Below the pieces are notes generated by a model that did no database searches, was not told the DNA's origin, and saw only the letters and a program-made list of their open reading frames with translations. Made by a program: the position numbers and the translations under genes. Positions 40,431 through 64,000 of a DNA stretch of 64,000 nucleotides are shown here, piece by piece. Origin of the DNA: Octopus sinensis. Taxonomy: Eukaryota. Numbering within the stretch: position 1 is the stretch's first letter; each line of letters opens with the position of its first letter. Location: contig NC_043012.1 of assembly GCF_006345805.1 (NCBI RefSeq), forward strand, positions 53,630,001 through 53,694,000, given 5' to 3'.

Positions 40431-41414
40431 GTATGTATATATATATATATTTATTCATTAAGAATCGAGGTACATCAATGTGTATGATGCCGTGAAATGG
40501 CTAGATAAAACCGTGAAATAATCCATCATCATCGTAATCCCCAATAATACAGACTGGATACTTCCTCTTATTTACCAAAGCCCCGATTAATTGCGAGGAT
40601 ATTGGTGTGACGCAAGTACAGGTAAATAATAGCCGAAGGGAGTTTAACTTCGCGACTATTGTCTCTCTAGGGTTCTTTATTTAATGTAGTCGTAACAGAT
40701 TACATCATGCATTACATGAATTACCAGGTTCATCAGATGTTATGTAAACATAGTGAACCCGTGGTTAACCGTTTAATTTCCGTAAGCAGATTTTTTAATG
40801 TTAAAGTTAACAATATACGAGTCTAACTGCTGAGTATGTTCTAGAGCTGGAAATCAATTATGGTGCAGATGAAGGAGGGAAAGAAGAAACAATTTATGGC
40901 CCAATACCATAAGTTAACAGGAGGAAACTCTTGTTTTTACAGACAAAACGGTGCAAAGGGTGGAATTATATGCTCAGTGTTTACGCAGAGCAGACATTTT
41001 GGTCGGTTCAAGGCAGACATATTATAGTTTACGTAAATTACACACACACACACACATATATCCCACCCGACGCCACTCCATTTATCTCCTTCATCTCCCA
41101 CTCCGATACACTCTCACTCATGCTCACCCACCCCTCCACTACCCTAACCCTAACCCTCCCCCGTACCGCTTCCTTGACTCTCTCTCCTCCCAGCCTCCCA
41201 CCACCTCTACCATCATTTCTCCACTTAAACCACACTCCTCCACCCAGTTCCTCCATCTACGCCAGCTCTGCAGTGATGACCATGAATTTGAGACCCAGTC
41301 TCAACTCATGGGTCACCACTTCACCGTAGGTGGATGGACACTCACCATTATCCAAGCCACAAAGCATATTGTCCCGTCTACTAACTTATCTGCTAGCTCC
41401 CTTCATTAATAATG

Positions 41415-41451
<37 letters not shown>

Positions 41452-41669
41452 TAATAATAATAATAATAATAATAAAACTAATAATAGTAATAATAATAAT
41501 AGTAATAATAATAATAATGCTTTCATATTTGCTAAAAGGCTAGCAATTTTAGGGGAGTTGGATATGTCAGACCGTAAGGTGGACGAAATATCATAAAGCA
41601 TTCCGCCCGGCGCGGTAATGATTCTGCTTCTTCGCCGCCTCCGGAAAATACGGCAAAATGTATGCATTT

Positions 41670-41895
41670 AGTTATAGGTAAATTAGCAAATATTCCTAAA
41701 GGTTTGAACAAATGCATTGGGGAAATAGGCTTAAAGTCTAAATTATTGCAGCTCCAGAAAACAGCATTATTAGAGATAGCTAAGATACTTAGAAAAGTCC
41801 TTGGCTTATAAGGTTACGCGTTGAAGCCTTATAGTAGGAGGGAGTTTTTTTCCAACTGTCTAATCTGTTGTGGGAAAGTGGAATAATAATAATAA
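41670..41895 (+). mobile_element. RLE LINE 3' tail (duplicate at ~37110-37300)
   Basis: VIGKL...LQKTALLEIAKILRKVL* followed by (AAT)n. Confidence 0.65.
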
Positions 41896-42567
41896 TGGTT
41901 CCTTCTTTTTTGGCCACAAGGGCTACACAACAAAAGGACGACACAATATAAGTACACTGGTGGAGTTACATGTAGCACTTTTTTCTAGTTTCAGCTCAGA
42001 GCTGCGGCCATGCTGAAGAACCGTCGTTTTCTTGTGAACAGAAAAAAAGTTGAGACAATGAACAATAAAACCATAGAAAAGGAGAGTCCCAAAAGGTGAG
42101 TAATTTCCAGCACGGACAGCGAAGGAATCCCACCCATCATGTTTATCCCGAACCCCAAGGACACCGAAGGAAGCAGGCATCTTTCTCCTATTCATTCCCA
42201 CCGGCCTACAGGTACATACCCACGGTATGTCAATTCACATGAGACACCTTCGCCACGTTATCCCATTTTCCCCAAAAAAATATTGGGGCGCAAGACTTCT
42301 CTGACCCCACTCAATTTCGTTCTCAAGATGTGGAGGAAAGGGGTACCTGCCTGGGACACCCCTGGAGTTTTGGGTGACCAGGATGTGTGGGGTTCCTTCG
42401 TTGTTCCTGTGTGGGACTACCCCATTTTAGAAAGTTTTATTTCACGAACTTTGGCGTTAATTATAATTGCTTGTTTACACATGCTTGTGTGTGAAGCCCC
42501 ACTTTATTTTTCTCTTTATTATTATCACGTTTTGGGTCTTTGTGGACCACAAAGACAATATCATTAC

Positions 42568-42568
42568 C

Positions 42569-42617
<49 letters not shown>

Positions 42618-42642
42618 ATGCTGGTGCTACTGGTGTTGTTGA

Positions 42643-42694
<52 letters not shown>

Positions 42695-42708
42695 GGTGGT
42701 GGTGGTGG
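42568..42708. repeat. Compound trinucleotide microsatellite (AGT)n-(GTT)n-(GGT)n
   Basis: Directly visible. Confidence 0.95.
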
Positions 42709-42753
42709 TCCTCCTTCAATCCCCATCATCAACAGGATCATTATCATCATCAA

Positions 42754-42990
42754 GGTGACGAGCTGGCAGAAACGTTAGCACGCCGGGCGAAATGCGTAGC
42801 CGTATTTCGTCTGCCGTTACGTTCTGAGTTCAAATTCCGCCGAGGTCGACTTTGCCTTTCATCCTTTCGGGGTCGATAAGTTAAGTTCCAGTTACGCACT
42901 GAGGTCGATATAATCGACTTAATCCGTTTGTCTGTCCTTGTTTGTCCTCTCTGTGTTTACCCCCTTGTGGGTAGTAAAGAAATAGGTATT
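42754..42990 (+). mobile_element. SINE family 3 with GCCTTTCATCCTTTCGGGGTCGATAA central domain (Meta/MESC-like); copies ~258-435, 715-930, 14700-14915(-), 31665-31800, 48362-48530
   Basis: Recurrent GAGCTGGCAGAAACGTTAGCACGCCGGGCGAAATGC head and conserved centre; domain name from memory. Confidence 0.8.
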
Positions 42991-43916
42991 TCGTCTACCG
43001 TTATGTTCTCAGTTCAAATTCCGCCGAGGTTGACTCTTTCGTCCATCCTTTCGATAAAATAAGTACCAGTTGGACCCTGGAGTCGATGTAAACGACTCAT
43101 CCTCTTCTCTCATAAGCCGTCCTTGTGGCAAAACCTGAAATAGTTATTATTGTCATTCGGTTTTTACGTTTTGTGTTCAAATTTTGCCGATGTCGACCTT
43201 GTCTTTCACACTATTGGAGTCGTTAAAATAACCAGCATTTAAGCACTGGGGTCGATGTAATCGACATGTTCCCCTGCCTTCTTGCAACTTCAGACCTTGT
43301 GCCTATAGTAAAATAAAAGAAATGATAATTATTATTATCATTAGTTTTTGAAGATGTATGAGGTGATTTTTGTCTGAAATGGCGTGACGAAGTACTCTGT
43401 TGCAGTAAAAGCGCACATGATGGAAGACTTAAATAATAAAAAAAATATTATAAACTAACGGAAGGAAACCTGAAAAGTGGCCTAATTCTAAAAGGGTTAG
43501 TAATTTTAAACTGCACCAGGATCTGGGAGGGTGAGAGCCATAGTAACAACTTTAGGCCCTGTTGTGAGTGTGTATTTGTAAATTACGGAATGTGTGTAGG
43601 GGATATGTGTGCGTCGCAGTGTCTGCGACGGTCTGTGATGTGCGGTGACGATTCTCCTGCCTGACTACATATGCGGCTAGATGCGTCTGTGTATATGCTG
43701 TGTGTGTGTATGTGTATGTGTGTGTGTGTGTGTGTGTGTGCACTTCATCACGTGCTTCTTTATGCATATCAAAATTCACGCGCACACAAAAGTGAGTGTG
43801 TCTTTATGTGTGTCGTTATTCGTATGTATATAATTGGTGCATATGCATCCTCACTAAATTACATACGCATATATTTGCTTATATCCTCACTGAAATATAT
43901 GTGTTAGAAAATAGCG

Positions 43917-43953
43917 TATAAAAGGGGAGAAACTTGAATAAACAGTATCAGTT
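43917..43953 (+). promoter_or_regulatory. Core promoter of ITIH-B: TATA box and initiator
   Basis: TATAAAAG at 43917-43924, TCAGTT Inr-like at 43948-43953, ATG ~48 nt downstream. Confidence 0.7.
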
Positions 43954-43997
43954 CGGCTTTATTTTTCCCTTTTGAGAGCCTGACACTGAAGAAGCTA

Positions 43998-63322
<19,325 letters not shown>

Positions 63323-63509
63323 GTAAGTTAAATTCTCAGCTTTGTTCATACATAATATTTAGGAGTCAACGGTCATCCAACAAAATGTCTGTTAATATGT
63401 ATATATTCTTTTAAAATATATATATATAACTATATATAAAACATGTATAAGCGTTATATATGTTCCATTGTTGGGATTATGGTTTGTCTATCACTTTTCT
63501 ATTCAGTTT

Positions 63510-64000
63510 AACCCCGTATTTGCTATGAAGGGGCTTTTCTTGAACATCGCTGTATCATGATCCGTCGCTGTTCCTGATTTAGTTTCGTTTTCAGTTGATT
63601 TACAGCTTTTATTGTTTCTTCTTTTACTTCTTACTTATGATGTACTTTGACATCATTTTTGTGTTTGTCAGCTTCGCTAAAAACTGAAAGCAGTTTTTTG
63701 TGTTGTTCGTGCTTTGTGGCTATTTGTATTAGTTTTCTTTGCTCGAGAAGTAGTAAATTCTGTAGTCCTATGGTTGTTATTTTGTAATAGTTTTCTTTTT
63801 GTATAAGAGATCTACCACATTCCATACATTGTATATCTTATCTTTCTATGTCATTATTTTTTCATATTTTCTGACTATTTTGATTATTTCATATACAGTC
63901 CAATTGAGAATATTGTAGCTGTAACTTATAACTGGGACGGCTAGAGTGTTGATACCTATTATCTTGTTTTCTCGCAAGGGGCTCTCTTGTCAGTATTAAT
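63510..64000 (-). mobile_element. Dong/R4-like LINE fragment running off the window
   Basis: Similar by eye to 33130-33630 (ataactgggacggcta.agtgtt.atacctatt). Confidence 0.8.

Larger units (their letters stand above)
36940..43645 (+). repeat. Old ~2-kb direct segmental duplication (~36940-38880 vs ~41510-43645)
   Basis: Collinear mosaic of SINE piece, RLE tail and unique segments (e.g. aaaagggttagta.ttttaaactgcac..agatctgggag). Confidence 0.8.

Overview
AT-rich, microsatellite-dense animal DNA; the SINE, Helitron, Dong/R4 and Penelope repertoire suggests an octopus genome (inference). The window holds two tandem plus-strand paralogues of an inter-alpha-trypsin inhibitor heavy chain (ITIH)-like gene (VIT, VWA/MIDAS, GDPHF site, C-terminal domain). 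Copy A runs 1311-36377 (exons 2-13 present, exon 1 upstream of the window). Copy B runs from 43998 past 63322 (TATA/Inr promoter and signal-peptide exon present, last two exons beyond the window). Both keep a 24-nt micro-exon just before GDPH. Introns carry tRNA-derived SINEs, Helitrons, mariner relics, RLE LINEs and Penelope-like fragments. The most striking non-coding signal is a set of (TA)n-associated, terminally redundant 404-482 nt elements carrying type-I hammerhead ribozymes. One is a ~1.7-mer with two hammerheads 481 nt apart and a highly base-paired monomer, the architecture of retrozyme-like self-cleaving circular RNAs. Several long fold-back hairpins and isolated minimal hammerheads are also present. 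All coordinates and alignments were read by eye.
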